DNA of 62,972 nucleotides, filler included, from Pelomyxa schiedti (lineage: Eukaryota; Protista; Evosea), in assembly GCA_020536535.1 (NCBI GenBank). It is 13 parts of 13 records of this genome, joined end to end, with 100 filler letters (N's around TTAATTAATTAA, not from the genome) between each part and the next. Parts side by side here need not be neighbours in the genome. Positions count along the whole stretch, not along the records: positions 43,532 to 48,161 come from JAHLWZ010000049.1; positions 48,262 to 51,068 come from JAHLWZ010001878.1; positions 51,169 to 56,802 come from JAHLWZ010000327.1; positions 56,903 to 60,273 come from JAHLWZ010001750.1; 9 more parts are not named here. One strand, 5' to 3'. The notes beneath the pieces are model-generated. The model worked only from the letters and a program-made list of their open reading frames with translations. It did not search any database and was not told the origin of the DNA. Both the position numbers and the translations under genes were made by a program. Below, one piece after another: positions 44,974 to 57,220 of the stretch (positions are counted from its first letter, which is position 1; every line of letters starts with the position of its first letter).

Positions 44974-46422
44974 TCAGAACAAAAAGGAGAACATGTTTGT
45001 CATTGCAAGATAGGGAACCTTGAGTTTGAGCAATTCAACACCAGAGGTGTGTTCAGTGACCAAAATGTGGTCACTCCTCACGTGCAACAGAAACCCAGCC
45101 TCACAAAACACCGTGTTGCAGCAGTCAGGGTGTTCAATGACTCTCACAGGACGTGTGGAGGGGCCGCAGGCCCACACTTCGAAGGTACCGCCGTGGGACA
45201 CACAGAACTGGTGGTTGTTGAGTGCTGAAAGAGAGGGTTCAGTGCTGTAGTGACAGTTGGCGCTCTGTGTTCCAGACTCTGTGAACTGGTGCACCCAGTA
45301 GTGTTTGGTCCCCTCTGTGGCTACAACCACGAAAGAACGGCGATTCTGCTCTGAACACAGAGCCAGAAACGATAAACAACGGAATCCAAGGTGGAGACTC
45401 AACAAGGGTGCCACTGGGTCCAGGGAATTGGCTGACAAAGACTGTGCCAAATCAAACCTTTTCACCTTCAGTCCAAACCCACCAGAGGACACAAATAGTG
45501 CTTCATCATCATGCCCATGGATGAAGTGAACTATGAAGGGACTGCCCAGAAAGGCTTCAAACACCCTGCTCGATGCTGACGCCTGCTTTTCCTCCTCTGC
45601 GCCATTTGACCCGAATCGCGCAATTCCAACCTTTGCCTTCCTTGGGTGTTGAAAACAATAACTGACCAACCACTTGTGATTCACAGAGGATAAAGTAACT
45701 TTGGCATCCCACAGTAACTCCCAGTTGGTGTCCTCAACTCCTCTCCACCACTTCGATTGGTTGCCGTTGTTGTTTCTGTTTTGGTCACAATTGCCATTGC
45801 ACTCATGCACCATTCTTCTGTCAATTCGATAGAACGCCTCCTTCCCTTGTGGGAAATGCCTTCTCATGATTGCGTGATCCCGATTGATTGCAAGCACCAC
45901 ACTTTCGTTCTGTAAGTTCCACAATCTGGTGTGCTCCGCCATCACGCCGTGGGTCATCATCGAAACCCCAAAAGTGATGAATTCCTTAGCATCACGCAAC
46001 GATGAACGCTCTTGACATGCCACGTTGACACAAAAGAGCCTCACGGGGGCCTCCTCACACGTCACCCACTCCCACACCAGCCTCACAGCCAATGACAAGT
46101 TCATCACAACAGATGCAGCCGATGATGATGGTTGTGATGACGCCAAGGAACGAGAACACCCACCGCGGCAGCAGCACCTTGGGTGTGCAATCATACACAA
46201 CGCAACAAACTGCAGTCGCAAGTCCAACAGAATCACTGCTGTTGACTCTGCTGCTGGTGCCCCACTGGTGGGACAGGTACCGCCACCGGTCGACGAAACC
46301 AGGCTCTGAACCAACTGCACGGCATCTGCTGTGTTTCTGTTGTTGAGCCTAGGTCTCTTGGCCGCCGTTGTGGATCTGTTGTTGCTCCCACAATCGTCGT
46401 CGCCGTTGCCGGTGTTGTTCAT
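44974..46422 (-). CDS. Intronless 482-aa lineage-expanded family protein
   Basis: LRLQFVALCMIAHPRC..RLVWEWV..FGVSM followed by a propeller-like C-terminus ending ILVTEHTSGVELLKL (compare VEVVDAASGTIILRI in the neighbouring gene). Confidence 0.8.
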   Translation of the reverse strand: MNNTGNGDDDCGSNNRSTTAAKRPRLNNRNTADAVQLVQSLVSSTGGGTCPTSGAPAAESTAVILLDLRLQFVALCMIAHPRCCCRGGCSRSLASSQPSSSAASVVMNLSLAVRLVWEWVTCEEAPVRLFCVNVACQERSSLRDAKEFITFGVSMMTHGVMAEHTRLWNLQNESVVLAINRDHAIMRRHFPQGKEAFYRIDRRMVHECNGNCDQNRNNNGNQSKWWRGVEDTNWELLWDAKVTLSSVNHKWLVSYCFQHPRKAKVGIARFGSNGAEEEKQASASSRVFEAFLGSPFIVHFIHGHDDEALFVSSGGFGLKVKRFDLAQSLSANSLDPVAPLLSLHLGFRCLSFLALCSEQNRRSFVVVATEGTKHYWVHQFTESGTQSANCHYSTEPSLSALNNHQFCVSHGGTFEVWACGPSTRPVRVIEHPDCCNTVFCEAGFLLHVRSDHILVTEHTSGVELLKLKVPYLAMTNMFSFLF

Positions 46423-46477
46423 CGTCTATCTTTTATCCGTTTTGATGATTCGAAAGAGTGTTATTTGTGGGTGGGCC

Positions 46478-48143
46478 TCAGAACGTGGCAAGGGATGTGC
46501 AAATGTGGTTGGGCACCAGCTCTGCTGGGTGTTGGATGTAGTCCTTGTGGTATTCTTTGTTGTAGTTGGCGAACCTGACAGTACGAAGGTCCCACGTGAC
46601 GAGCTTGGAGCCGTCCTGGATTCCAGTAAGCACGGTGCCAGAGTAAACTGTGAGAACTTCGAGTGGTGGTGAAAAAGGGCAAGCAAGGGAGCTGAGGGGA
46701 TCACCGGTTTCACTGTGGAATATCTGTTTGCGGTGTGGTTGTGTGTTCGAGTGAGTGATTAAAGTGAGGATTATTTGCACACACACACCACAATTTGCGG
46801 AACTGAGTCTGGTTGAATGATCTGGGCAAAAATCCGGCCAATTGAGGAGGCAACAGACGATGCGTGCCGTGAGAGGATCCTGTGTGAACAGTGTTCCTCG
46901 TCAAACAATCCTGTGAACAGATGCAGTTCGCCGGGACGTATTTCTGTGGGACTGTTATGGCTTAGCAACACTGCAATGGCATCTGCGTGTGCTTGGTGTA
47001 CTGCCTGGTGATGAACAGGTGAAATTGTGGCTGTGCCATTCACCACACCGTCGAACTTCCTTGAAAGGAGGATGGCTGTTCCCTCCTCCGTCTGAATCGG
47101 GCATGGCGAATTGTGGGTGTTTGGCGTTGCTGGGATTGTGCAAAGGAGCAGGTCCCCAGTTCGAACACCAACAAATGCATTTGGACCAAGCCAAGCAACA
47201 TTGGAGCAGCCGAATCTTTTGAACTCTGCAGAGTCAAGTGTGAACAATGGAAGCATGGCCGGGAAAGAGTACACAGTCACTGCTGTTGTACCCATGAAGC
47301 CACACACTGCAACGAGCTTTCCATCTGTGCAGTGCAACAATTTTGAGTCTAACATTAACCACTATAACCCTAACCCCCCTCTTACCTTCACTTGGAGCTC
47401 GAGGGGGCCACAGGGCCAACTCGCGAGGGTAATCGCCACTCCACGGCAGCGCAAATCTCTGCCCAGTGATGGCGTCCCACACCCACACGGCCTGCCGCCG
47501 CCGCGACACCACCGCGAGCCTGCCGAAAAAAGCCCCCGAGGGCCGTGTCGCCAGGGTCCCAGTCCATGCTCCACCTCCACACCGCCCCCTCGCTGCCGAC
47601 GACCCGCCAGCCCGCCGTCCCCCTGAGCACGCACAGAAACGCGGGCCGCGGCCTCAGCCAGGCCCCCACGGCCCTCACCATCTCCCGCAGCGGCCCGGCC
47701 CCGGGCACCAGGAGGCCTCCTCCTCCCCCCTCCGCGCCGTCTCCGCGGGAGATCGCCCTCGCCATGGTGCTTGCGCGGCCGGTCCTGTTGAGGAGGCACG
47801 CGGCGAGCGCCGCCATCGACGCCCTCCACTGCGCGGAGGCGGTTGGCTGGGGCGCCGCGGCGGTGGCTGGGCCCAGGCACTCGAGGATCTGGGCCACGCT
47901 CGTGAACTGGGGGGGACGGGTGGCGCTGGAGCTGGAGGAGCTCGCGGTGGAGCCCGTGGACGCGGCGTCCACCGACGTCGGCAGCGTCAGCAGCAGCAGA
48001 TCGGCCCTCGCGGCCACGCGCTCGGTGGTCAGGGTGGCTGGTGGCGTGGGTTGTGCCTTGGAGGCTTCGGTTTGCCTCCTCCATATTTTGGTCATTTTTC
48101 CCCTCATCAGTGTGACGGGGCTGTACAGGCTGTCATACATCAT
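46478..48143 (-). CDS. Multi-exon WD40-like beta-propeller protein (possible frameshift near 47525)
   Basis: Segments VWVWDAITGQ, DGKLVAVCG, FVGVRTGDLLL and DGSKLVTWDLRT. Confidence 0.55.
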
Positions 48144-51100
48144 CGATGATGCCCCTTCCCGNNNNNNNNNNNNNNNNNNNNNNNNNNNNNNNNNNNNNNN
48201 NNNNNTTAATTAATTAANNNNNNNNNNNNNNNNNNNNNNNNNNNNNNNNNNNNNNNNNNNNTTGAAACGAAATGAGAGTTTCATCCCCCAAAACCCACAT
48301 ATGAGCAGGCATTTCTGAAAAGGAGTAAGCCAGACGAAGCCTGGTTTTCTGGCAAAAGCCTGACTGGGTTGGCAAGCGCTTAAATAGTCAAAAAATGCGC
48401 AGTCAGTGGTGCGTAGCCGACGACACGGATTGGATCGCGGCGGTAGTCCGGTGAAGTAGAAACGGTCGGGATCATGATGCCGTAGTTTTTGAGCATGTAT
48501 GAACTCGGCCGGGTTCGTGGCCGATCGCTCTTGGTGTGAAAAGTAAAGTAGGAGCAGTAAGAGCTCCGGCAAGGCTGTGTTTTTGTTGCCAGCAAGTGCG
48601 TTGATCCCGCCAGTGAAGCGGCGATCCAGTGGTGCATTTTTTTTTTTTTTTTTTTTTTTTTCATAGTTAGATAGCATCGTACCCATATGCGCTACTAGGT
48701 GTGGTCTTTGCCGTGAGTTTGAATTTGAACTGGAAAGTTTTATTTGTGCCACATCAGCCATACTGTAGGTGTGGTCTGTAGTTTGATTTGGGTCTCAATA
48801 CTAACCATTCAGATGTTTGGTACTGTTCTAGCAAGAAAAAAAGGACAAAGAATTTTCGCTTGTGAATCTCCAGTTGCAGGTCATCTGTGCACAGTTGTAC
48901 TCAGGATGGATTCCCCATCTGCCACTCGCTAAGATGGATTGATTGGGTATGCTGTCCCCTTGGTATAATCTCGCTTTTAACAGTGACCCAGGGTCAACCT
49001 CTTTCTGGGTTTGGAAGTTCCACTGGCTTGCTCACACACCCAACTCAAGTATCCCTGCAAATTCGTGTTTGCATGGTAATTTCTAATAGTAATCAGGTCT
49101 TCATGTATAGCCACAGAGAAGAGTATTGATTCCATTTACTGGGTTGCTTCCTTGCCTTTCTCATTGTAGTTTGTACTCAGAATATTTTCCTGTTCCAATT
49201 CTGAATTCAGAGATATTTGCAAGTGATGCATGACTCCTGCCTCAGCTGAAAGTTTCGTACCTTGTAGGACTCCTATTCCCCAAAATGTTGCTTCGATTCA
49301 GTGCTGCTGGTAACTTGTGCTTTCCCTCCAACACCTCTAACACCACACAAAGGTTCCTTCATATCTGTACTGGCTCTGCAGGACCATTAGTGTTGAATGC
49401 CATTGCAAAAAACTATGTCCAGAATACTGAGTCCTTCGTGCTGCTTGCTCTGTGCTTTGTATCTCCCAGTGTGTCTGCCACTTCTCCTACGTCTCTCAGA
49501 TTCCTTCTAGCGCAGTAGTTGTGGCATCCCTATACAGGATTCTGTTTGAATTGTAGGAAACTTGCGTTTTCTGCTTGCACTCCCTTGGTATGTGTATTAC
49601 TCAATGATTGCTGACCATTATAGACTACCTCCTTCTTGTCAATAATCGCTGTTGATGATGCCTTGCATGTAGGATTCATTTTCAGTGCTCCACTAGCCCA
49701 ATATCACTACAGCAGATGCCTAGCTGCTCACCTCAGATCCCTCCAACCTGAAGGTATTTCCTGTGTTTCGCTGACTCTCAACCCAACTTAGGATTGTACA
49801 AAGCAGTTCCTGGATTGGATTGCGGTTGTGGCTAGCAGGTTAGGGCTCTCCCTGTTGTGAGAAGTCATCACTACTGTTGTTGCCATGCCCCTTTTCTGCA
49901 AATCTAAAATTTCCAGATGTGTCTGCTGCATATTACACTGAGCTGTGCTTCTCTGCAGGTCTTTACGATGTTCCAAATAATTCAGGTTTGTCTCTCACGA
50001 TATTCAAATTCTAATTCTTTTAGGTTGTAAAAGAGTCCTTTGAGGTTGTCTGCATTGCCACTTTGCGTAGTACTACTCAGTGCTGGGCTCTAAGCTTGGC
50101 TCAAACTCCCTGAATGTCAATATCTACTGCTTTCCTTTCCATGTGCTGTACCTTCCTGACGGATTACGCTGTCACCACTCTGACTGCATCTTTGACTTCT
50201 TCCAGTAAGTATGCTGAATTGGGTTGCATTGAATTCTAAGCCGATTACAGGTGTTGAGAGCAAGGCGTCCACTTCTGCAATTCTACTTGCGTGCTGCTAA
50301 TTCTGCCTTAACTAATTGAACAATGTCTGCGTTGCAGCATTACTGTTGAGCTGTGTGTTTGCTTTTCCCTTTTGAAAAGGAGTGTATATTAGTCTCACTT
50401 GCACATCGCAAAGTCTTGAGCTTTGTTCCAGTGATCACTGTGATACCTTGTCCCACTATTCTTGCTTATGGCGGTCCTAATTCCAGTGCTGAATTGCTCT
50501 CAATGCTCGTGTTGCTAGGTTGATGCTGCTTGGCAACTCTGGTATGTCTAGCTCCTCATAGCTTGCTTCTAACACAAGTAGTAAGTCCGCTTTGAAAACT
50601 ACCAGAATGCCAAGCAATTTCTTGCTTTCCACACCAATTCAAGGCTGGTGTTCTTGTCTGGCTGTATTGCTGCCTTCCTGGTGCTTTTGCGTTTCCCCTG
50701 CCACTAAATATTCTGGCTTGATGCTGTGCCTTTCTTGCGTTGATGCCTATGCTTCCTTCTGACTTGACATCAGAAATACAACAACTTATTCATGTCGTAT
50801 TTCCTCCTGTGTTGTGCAAGGTAAACACCATTCTCAATTGAAACGCCAAACTAACTTCATCAAAGGATTCTGGTGCCTCCAGATGATATGAAGTACTGGC
50901 ACGCAGATACTGGTTTGCTGTGAGTATTGCTGCGCCAGTTGCTCCATAGATAGCGGTGCTAGAGATGTGCCAAATGCCAAAGCTCTTTTGGTGCATGAAA
51001 GTATGTGGTGTCCTCGCATTCTTTTGCCTGACATAGTCCAAAGTCATTCATGATCTATTTCTGTATTCNNNNNNNNNNNNNNNNNNNNNNNNNNNNNNNN

Positions 51101-51169
51101 NNNNNNNNNNNNTTAATTAATTAANNNNNNNNNNNNNNNNNNNNNNNNNNNNNNNNNNNNNNNNNNNNT

Positions 51170-51320
51170 GTGAGAGGAGGCCATGCCAATGTTTTGAAGT
51201 GGTTGGAATCCAATACTGATGCAGTGGGTGCCTGCAGAACTGCAATAGAGGATGGTGATCAACCTCGTCTCGGAATGACCAAACATGCATGTGCTGATAT
51301 CTTGCAGTTGTGCCCAATGA
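51170..51320 (+). CDS. 3' fragment of an ankyrin-like repeat protein
   Basis: RGGHANVLKWL at the scaffold start. Confidence 0.35.
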
Positions 51321-51486
51321 AGGAGTTGGAGATCCCCAAAACACCATCTCCTAAAACATCAACACCACCCGCCGGTTCTGCGATTGGATCGACCAATACG
51401 CGACGAGAAATCAGCGAACGGGCGGGAAAACGATCTCGATTGAGCTTGCTTTCCAACAGAGAAAACATCTCGACCAAACGACAGCC

Positions 51487-54400
51487 ATGCACGCTGGCGG
51501 GTCAAAACGCCTGTTGCTGGATGTTCGTCTTGCTCTGTCAATTTTCGCGGTGATGATAATAATTCCTCCCTGTCACTCGCAATGTGATGCGGGCCTCGAC
51601 GTGCGGGCGCCAATGTACTGGAACGGACAGTGGGTAATAATCCAAGTGGTTGACTGCGGCGTGGTGCAGCCAGAGTTCGAGGCTGACATGTCGGGTGCAA
51701 CTGACCACCAGCCCGACGCCGACGCTGATATATACAGCATACCTGCACGATGGAATTGGTAACCCGGAACGACCTCTTCTTAATTATATGAACTGCTTCT
51801 TGGTTTTTGTTTATTTGTTGTTGTTTATTAGTAATTAATTGAATTTGAAATTATTAATTCTTCTTTGTTTTTATATTTATATTTTATTCTTGCTGGTCTG
51901 GCTTTTTACCTATGTTATGCCGTTGTAGGTACCCTCCTCCTGAGGTTACTGATGACATGCAGTGCTATTTAAAAACAGATTGGAACCTTCGTATTGCTGC
52001 TGGCAGTGGTCCAGTGAACTCAAGTCCAATGTATTCAGCTGCAAGCGTTTCAGACTTGCCAGAGAGCGGGGAAGTACCTGACGTGGACGTGCTGAACCAG
52101 TTTGAGGTTTCCATGTACTGTTATGAAAACTTTGTCAGCTCGGTTTCTTTCCAATTTTGGTTCAGCTGTGGGCACTATGTCAACTCGACTGATGGCACAT
52201 CCCCTTCTTACTTTGAAAATGTTCTTTTTGAGGAGTATTCATTTGCCCNNNNNNNNNNNNNNNNNNNNNNNNNNNNNNNNNNNNNNNNNNNNNNNNNNNN
52301 NNNNNNNNNNNNNNNNNNNNNNNNNNNNNNNNNNNNNNNNNNNNNNNNAACTTTGTCAGCTCGGTTTCTTTCCAATTTTGGTTCAGCTGTGGGCACTATG
52401 TCAACTCGACTGATGGCACATCCCCTTCTTACTTTGAAAATGTTCTTTTTGAGGAGTATTCATTTGCCCTAAGGTTAGTGTAACTAGAAATTTGAACCGC
52501 TTCTTCATACTGACAAATAAGTTTTCAGGTGGGCCTGCTATCCCCCAGGCTGTAATTATTATTGTGAAGAACATGGAACTTGTATGTACCCCTGGGGGTA
52601 TTGCCTATGCGACGAAGGTTGGTCTGGAATTGACTGCCAAATAAAATGGGACTACAATCACACTCTGTGTCCTTCTCAAGCCTTGAGCGTTACCTATAAC
52701 ATCCCGTATGTTTTTTTCTTCAGCTCTTGTAAGTGTGTGTTAATTTTTCGCAGTCCCATCACTTATGGCACCTCTGGATTGCTTGCTACTATGATGGCCT
52801 ACACTTCCTCAGCAAGCCCCCATGCAGATGCAGAGGACTGGTTCTATCCCATAACTTGGACTCAGAACACACCTTCACCTGAGGATCCTCTTGTGACCAC
52901 TGGTGTGAACTCCAGTGGTGTGTTTCCAACCTTTTTGCCTCCTGGAACATACTTAATGTCGGTGTGGTCCAATGCTGATGATGGTCAGTGGTTCGTCTAC
53001 GAAAACGTATGGCTTGCTTTTGACTTCTAATAATGACTGACTCCACGCTACCAGTTTTATGTTCTGGACTATGACCAATGCGGATACTCCCAAAATGATG
53101 TTTTATGTGGCGGGGAAGGGTCAACGAACAACTGTTTCAACACAACAGGCAACGGCATGTGCATAAATGAGGCGTGCTGGTGCAACGGTGGATACTATTG
53201 GTTTGACTGCAGTAGAGGGTGCCCCGGGTGGACGAGGATCACAGCTAACAAAGGAGTAATCACAAGTGATGCATCTGTTGTTGACAGGGCAGACGGCCAG
53301 AATATGCACTATGTGAATAATAACGTCTGCCGGTGGTTTTTGGATATGAGTGGCTTCAGGATTGACATTATCCACTTCGCGGTCACCTTCCTGAATATTT
53401 CCAGTGACTTTATCACAATATATTATTCTGACAGCTCAGGGAGATATGGTGATATATTTGCCCAAGCTGCAAAATCCCTGGTATCTTGGCAAATCTTTTT
53501 GAAATTCTCTGACCCCTTTTTTTTGTTGCCATCTTGCCAGGAAGATTTTTCCGAGTTCGAAATGGACTCAGCTCATGCAATCATTGAATTTGATTCGGGA
53601 CCACAAAATACTCTCCGTGGCTTCATTATGGAATACGAAGCAAAGCGTCGCCCCATCACACCCATTGGAATCGGCGTTATTATAGTGGTTTGCGCCATTG
53701 TCGCCATTCTGGGATTGACTGCAGGAAGCGTTGCACTCTTCTTTCTCGTGAGGAGACAGAGGAGAATCGCCAAAGAGGCCCGCATGGCACCTGCCGAGTT
53801 TATGGAAACAGAGATGACGAAAGAGGAGATTCAAACCGCACTGGCAGCAAGCACGAAGCAGGAGTCTGACCAAATGCTGGAGAAGATGCGCATTGCAGTT
53901 GACAAGAGCAAACTCACATTTGGTCTATCCGAGAGTGATGCCTGCCCTGTTTCAGAGAATCTCGAGGAAGAAGTCACGTTGACGAATCGCGGTGACACAA
54001 GCATCCACTACCGCTTCAGCGTTCCTGATATTCCTCACGTTTGTGAGTTGAACGCAACTCCTGGCGTGGGAATTCTGCCGGCAAAGAAAGAGCTGAGGGT
54101 GCGGGTCGAGTTCATGCTGAAGTACACAACCCACTTTGAGCACCCTGTCAAACTCGAATTCCTGACCCACGGGGAACAAGAAGTTGTTGCCTCGACGTGG
54201 CTCGCGATACAAGTTGAGGGTGCAGTTTCTGAAAGCATCGACCCTGAAGAAGTAATGCTGAATCCAACTCCTCTGGCTGCTGGTGGTTTTGGGTGAGTGT
54301 TGTCTCCTTTGTGATGACTTCTCATTTCTTATTACAGTTCAGTCTATGGAGGTATTTATCGCTCTCAGATGGTCGCAGTGAAAATTCCAAAGCACCAAGA

Positions 54401-55780
54401 AGCGTTTAAAGAGGAACAAATTGCCGAATTTTCTGCAGAGTGCGAGTTGATGAAGAGGATACGGCACCCGAACGTGGTGAACTACATTGGAGCATCCCAT
54501 GTTCCTGGTTTGTTGTTCTTTTTCCACTCCCTTCCTGCCTTGTTGCAGTGCACAGGGCATAATGGATTCAACAAATTCACCACAATTTTGCAGGAAAACT
54601 GTGCATCTGCATCGAACTCGTTGAGAAAGGGAGCCTTGGTTCATTCCTCAATTCAGCTGCTGAAATACCCTTTGCACTCACGTTGAAGTTCGCCATCAAT
54701 TCGGCTGAGGCAATGTCATTTTTGCACAAAAACAATGTTTTGTTCAGTAAGTGTATTTCCCGTTTGTCACTGCAACCGGCTTGATGACGCATTTCACAGG
54801 AGACTTGAAGTGTGCGAACATTCTTGTCATTTCAACTGCACTCGATGCTCCAGTCAACTGTAAATTAACCGGTAACAACATCTCATTTATTATTGTAGCC
54901 AACACTTACTTTCCTTAGATTTTGGAACAGCGAGAAATGTTGAAAATGCAGATTTGGTGAAGAAATACACCTTGGGCATTGGAACCCCGGCTTACATGGT
55001 TTGTATTCCTTACCAGTCATCACACCCACTCACACTCCCGCAATACGCTGAGCGATGAATTTAGGCTCCGGAAATTCTGTCAATCAAGCCCTATAATTTC
55101 AAGGTATGAGTCTTCTGAATTGAATGCAGACAGTGACTGTCAATCAAACAAATGCAGGTGGATGTGTTCAGTTTTGGGATGTGCCTCTGGGAAATGTGGA
55201 TGCGTGATGAACTGTGGTCCGGAGTGCGATTCTGGGACATTCCCTGCAAGGTAGCACGCATTGTTATTATATACAACAGTCACCTTTCAAACAGATTGAA
55301 GGAGGTGTAAGACCGGAATTCAACGCGGAATGCCCGCAAGAATATTCGGACTTGACAAAGAAGTGCTGGTCACCAAATCCGGAGGACCGGCCCGAGTTCC
55401 ACGAAGTCAGGGACACACTCACTCACATCCACGACAACTCCACGGAACAACAACTCAACACAACAACAAAGCCCAAGAAAATGAAGCCGGAAGCTTCAGC
55501 AACAACCACCAAAACCACCAGCACACCAACATCGGAACACCACTCCCACAATGAAAACAACAAACAAAAAGCGGCCGCACCAGCACCAGATGTTGATGAT
55601 TACGATGCCAAGTCATTCAACGTCGCAACAGGAAAAGACCAACAAAGGTTGCACCAACACTTGGGGGCAAACAAAAAACCCCACAAAACAGCCACGCCCA
55701 ATCACACGGCACCACCATTTGATCCCAACAGCACTCTGAATTCAGAGTGTGCCCTCCCAGTATCCGGGTCCACCTTGTGA
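51487..55780 (+). CDS. Receptor-type TKL/tyrosine-like transmembrane kinase: signal peptide, EGF-like x2, CUB, TM, Ig/MSP-like juxtamembrane domain, kinase
   Basis: EGF: CEEHGTC..CLCDEGWSGIDC and GMCINEACWCNGGYYWFDC. CUB: KGVITSD..YVNNNVCRW..FDSG..RGFIMEY. TM: IGIGVIIVVCAIVAILG. Kinase: AAGGFG, VAVK, HPNVV, RDLKCAN, DFG, GTPAYMAPE, DVFSFG. Confidence 0.93.
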
Positions 55781-56902
55781 AAAATCTCACAAAGGGGTAC
55801 CAGTACTGACTCGAATCAAAGGAACACAGAAACACAAAAACAAAACCTTTTTCCGTTTGAAACGGAGTGAAATTAAAGGTTACGCACAACCAGCGTGTGT
55901 TAAGTTGCAAGGATAAACGGGAGTTTATTTATTGCTTATGTAGAGAACCCAGTTAATCTTATTTTGTTATAGCGACTACGAAATTTTCGATTTTATTAAT
56001 TACTTATTTTTAATAGTTTCTTCTGTACTGGTGTGCTGTTTCGTTTTTGTTGTTTTGTTTGTTCGCACTTGTTCTCATCAACGCAAGAAGCGGATGTATT
56101 GTGGTATGTTGACATTTGTGGTTTAAGTCCTCACTTCCATGGACTAACATAGACCCAATCCATGCAATTCAGTCAACTTGAATGGAGCTGGTGCATCTTA
56201 TTCGTAATTTTTTTTTTCGAGTGCTCACCTTTTGAAAGTCAGGTGGTGTTGTATATGTTGCAGAGCCAGACAGGAACAGGGAGCAGAGCTGATTATTAAT
56301 CTAATCCACCGTTATCCAATAACCCTCTACCCCATGCACTCATCTCCCCTTTAGATAACCCAATCCAATGGATGATGCACCAAACACACCCAGAAGAATA
56401 TGTGTGCGGCTCTGCTCTCCATTCCACAGGTCTTCCCCTTCTTTGACTCCCTCCATTATACTCACTTCCAATCTCTAGGTCCTTCTTTTTCCACTCACCT
56501 TTTGATTTCCGGCAGATTGGGCACTGGTATGTTTCTTATTTAGTCTTTTTCCCAGTTTCACCTTGTGTACAAGGATGAGCACAGCTGAGGAGGTAAACAC
56601 AGGTTACATTCACCGCATCCATTCTGTATTTCCGGCACCTTGTGGCACTACTGTGGGGTCCTTCTTTTTTTCTTTCTCCAACCTCACATGCTTTAATTAG
56701 GCTGTGGAATTTCCGGGCTGAGATGAGAGGCTGTCACCTGAAGGTACATTCCCTTTCTTTTTATGATCACCCCACTCAGCAAAAACAGGTACCACCACCA
56801 CCNNNNNNNNNNNNNNNNNNNNNNNNNNNNNNNNNNNNNNNNNNNNTTAATTAATTAANNNNNNNNNNNNNNNNNNNNNNNNNNNNNNNNNNNNNNNNNN
56901 NN

Positions 56903-57060
56903 TTGGTGTGCTTCTATTCATGTCTCAAGTGAGGTTGCCATGTGCATACACTGGATATTGGAACCACAAGCTTTATGCCCAAAAAGCCATCCAGACCTCA
57001 GGGATGAACAAATTTCGATTCTATCAGCTGAAGAAGTACCTGCACCTTGACGACTACACT
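56903..57060 (+). mobile_element. piggyBac-like transposase fragment
   Basis: GYWNHKLYAQKAIQTSGMNKFRFYQLKKYLHLDD matches the piggyBac YW...MSxxRFxxIxxxLHxxD motif. Confidence 0.7.
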
Positions 57061-57220
57061 AACATTATTCATCTTGCTTGTTTCTAACCGTTAGAGCGGG
57101 ATGGATAAAAACTTGCAACTCTCTGCTTGTTATCAAATTGTTTTGTCATGTGCCATGCCTTCAAAAAATTAAAGACTGTTTTTATTTTTCTATTCAACCA
57201 AATTTACAACGGTTGTTCAC

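Noticed and set aside
52129-52468. Apparent exon duplication in the receptor kinase
   Set aside because: Exact ~120-bp overlap around a 100-N gap; assembly artefact.
56300-56420. Chromo/Tudor-knot-like peptide (IIHWIGLSKGEMSAWV) on the minus strand
   Set aside because: Short, flanked by stops; similarity too weak.
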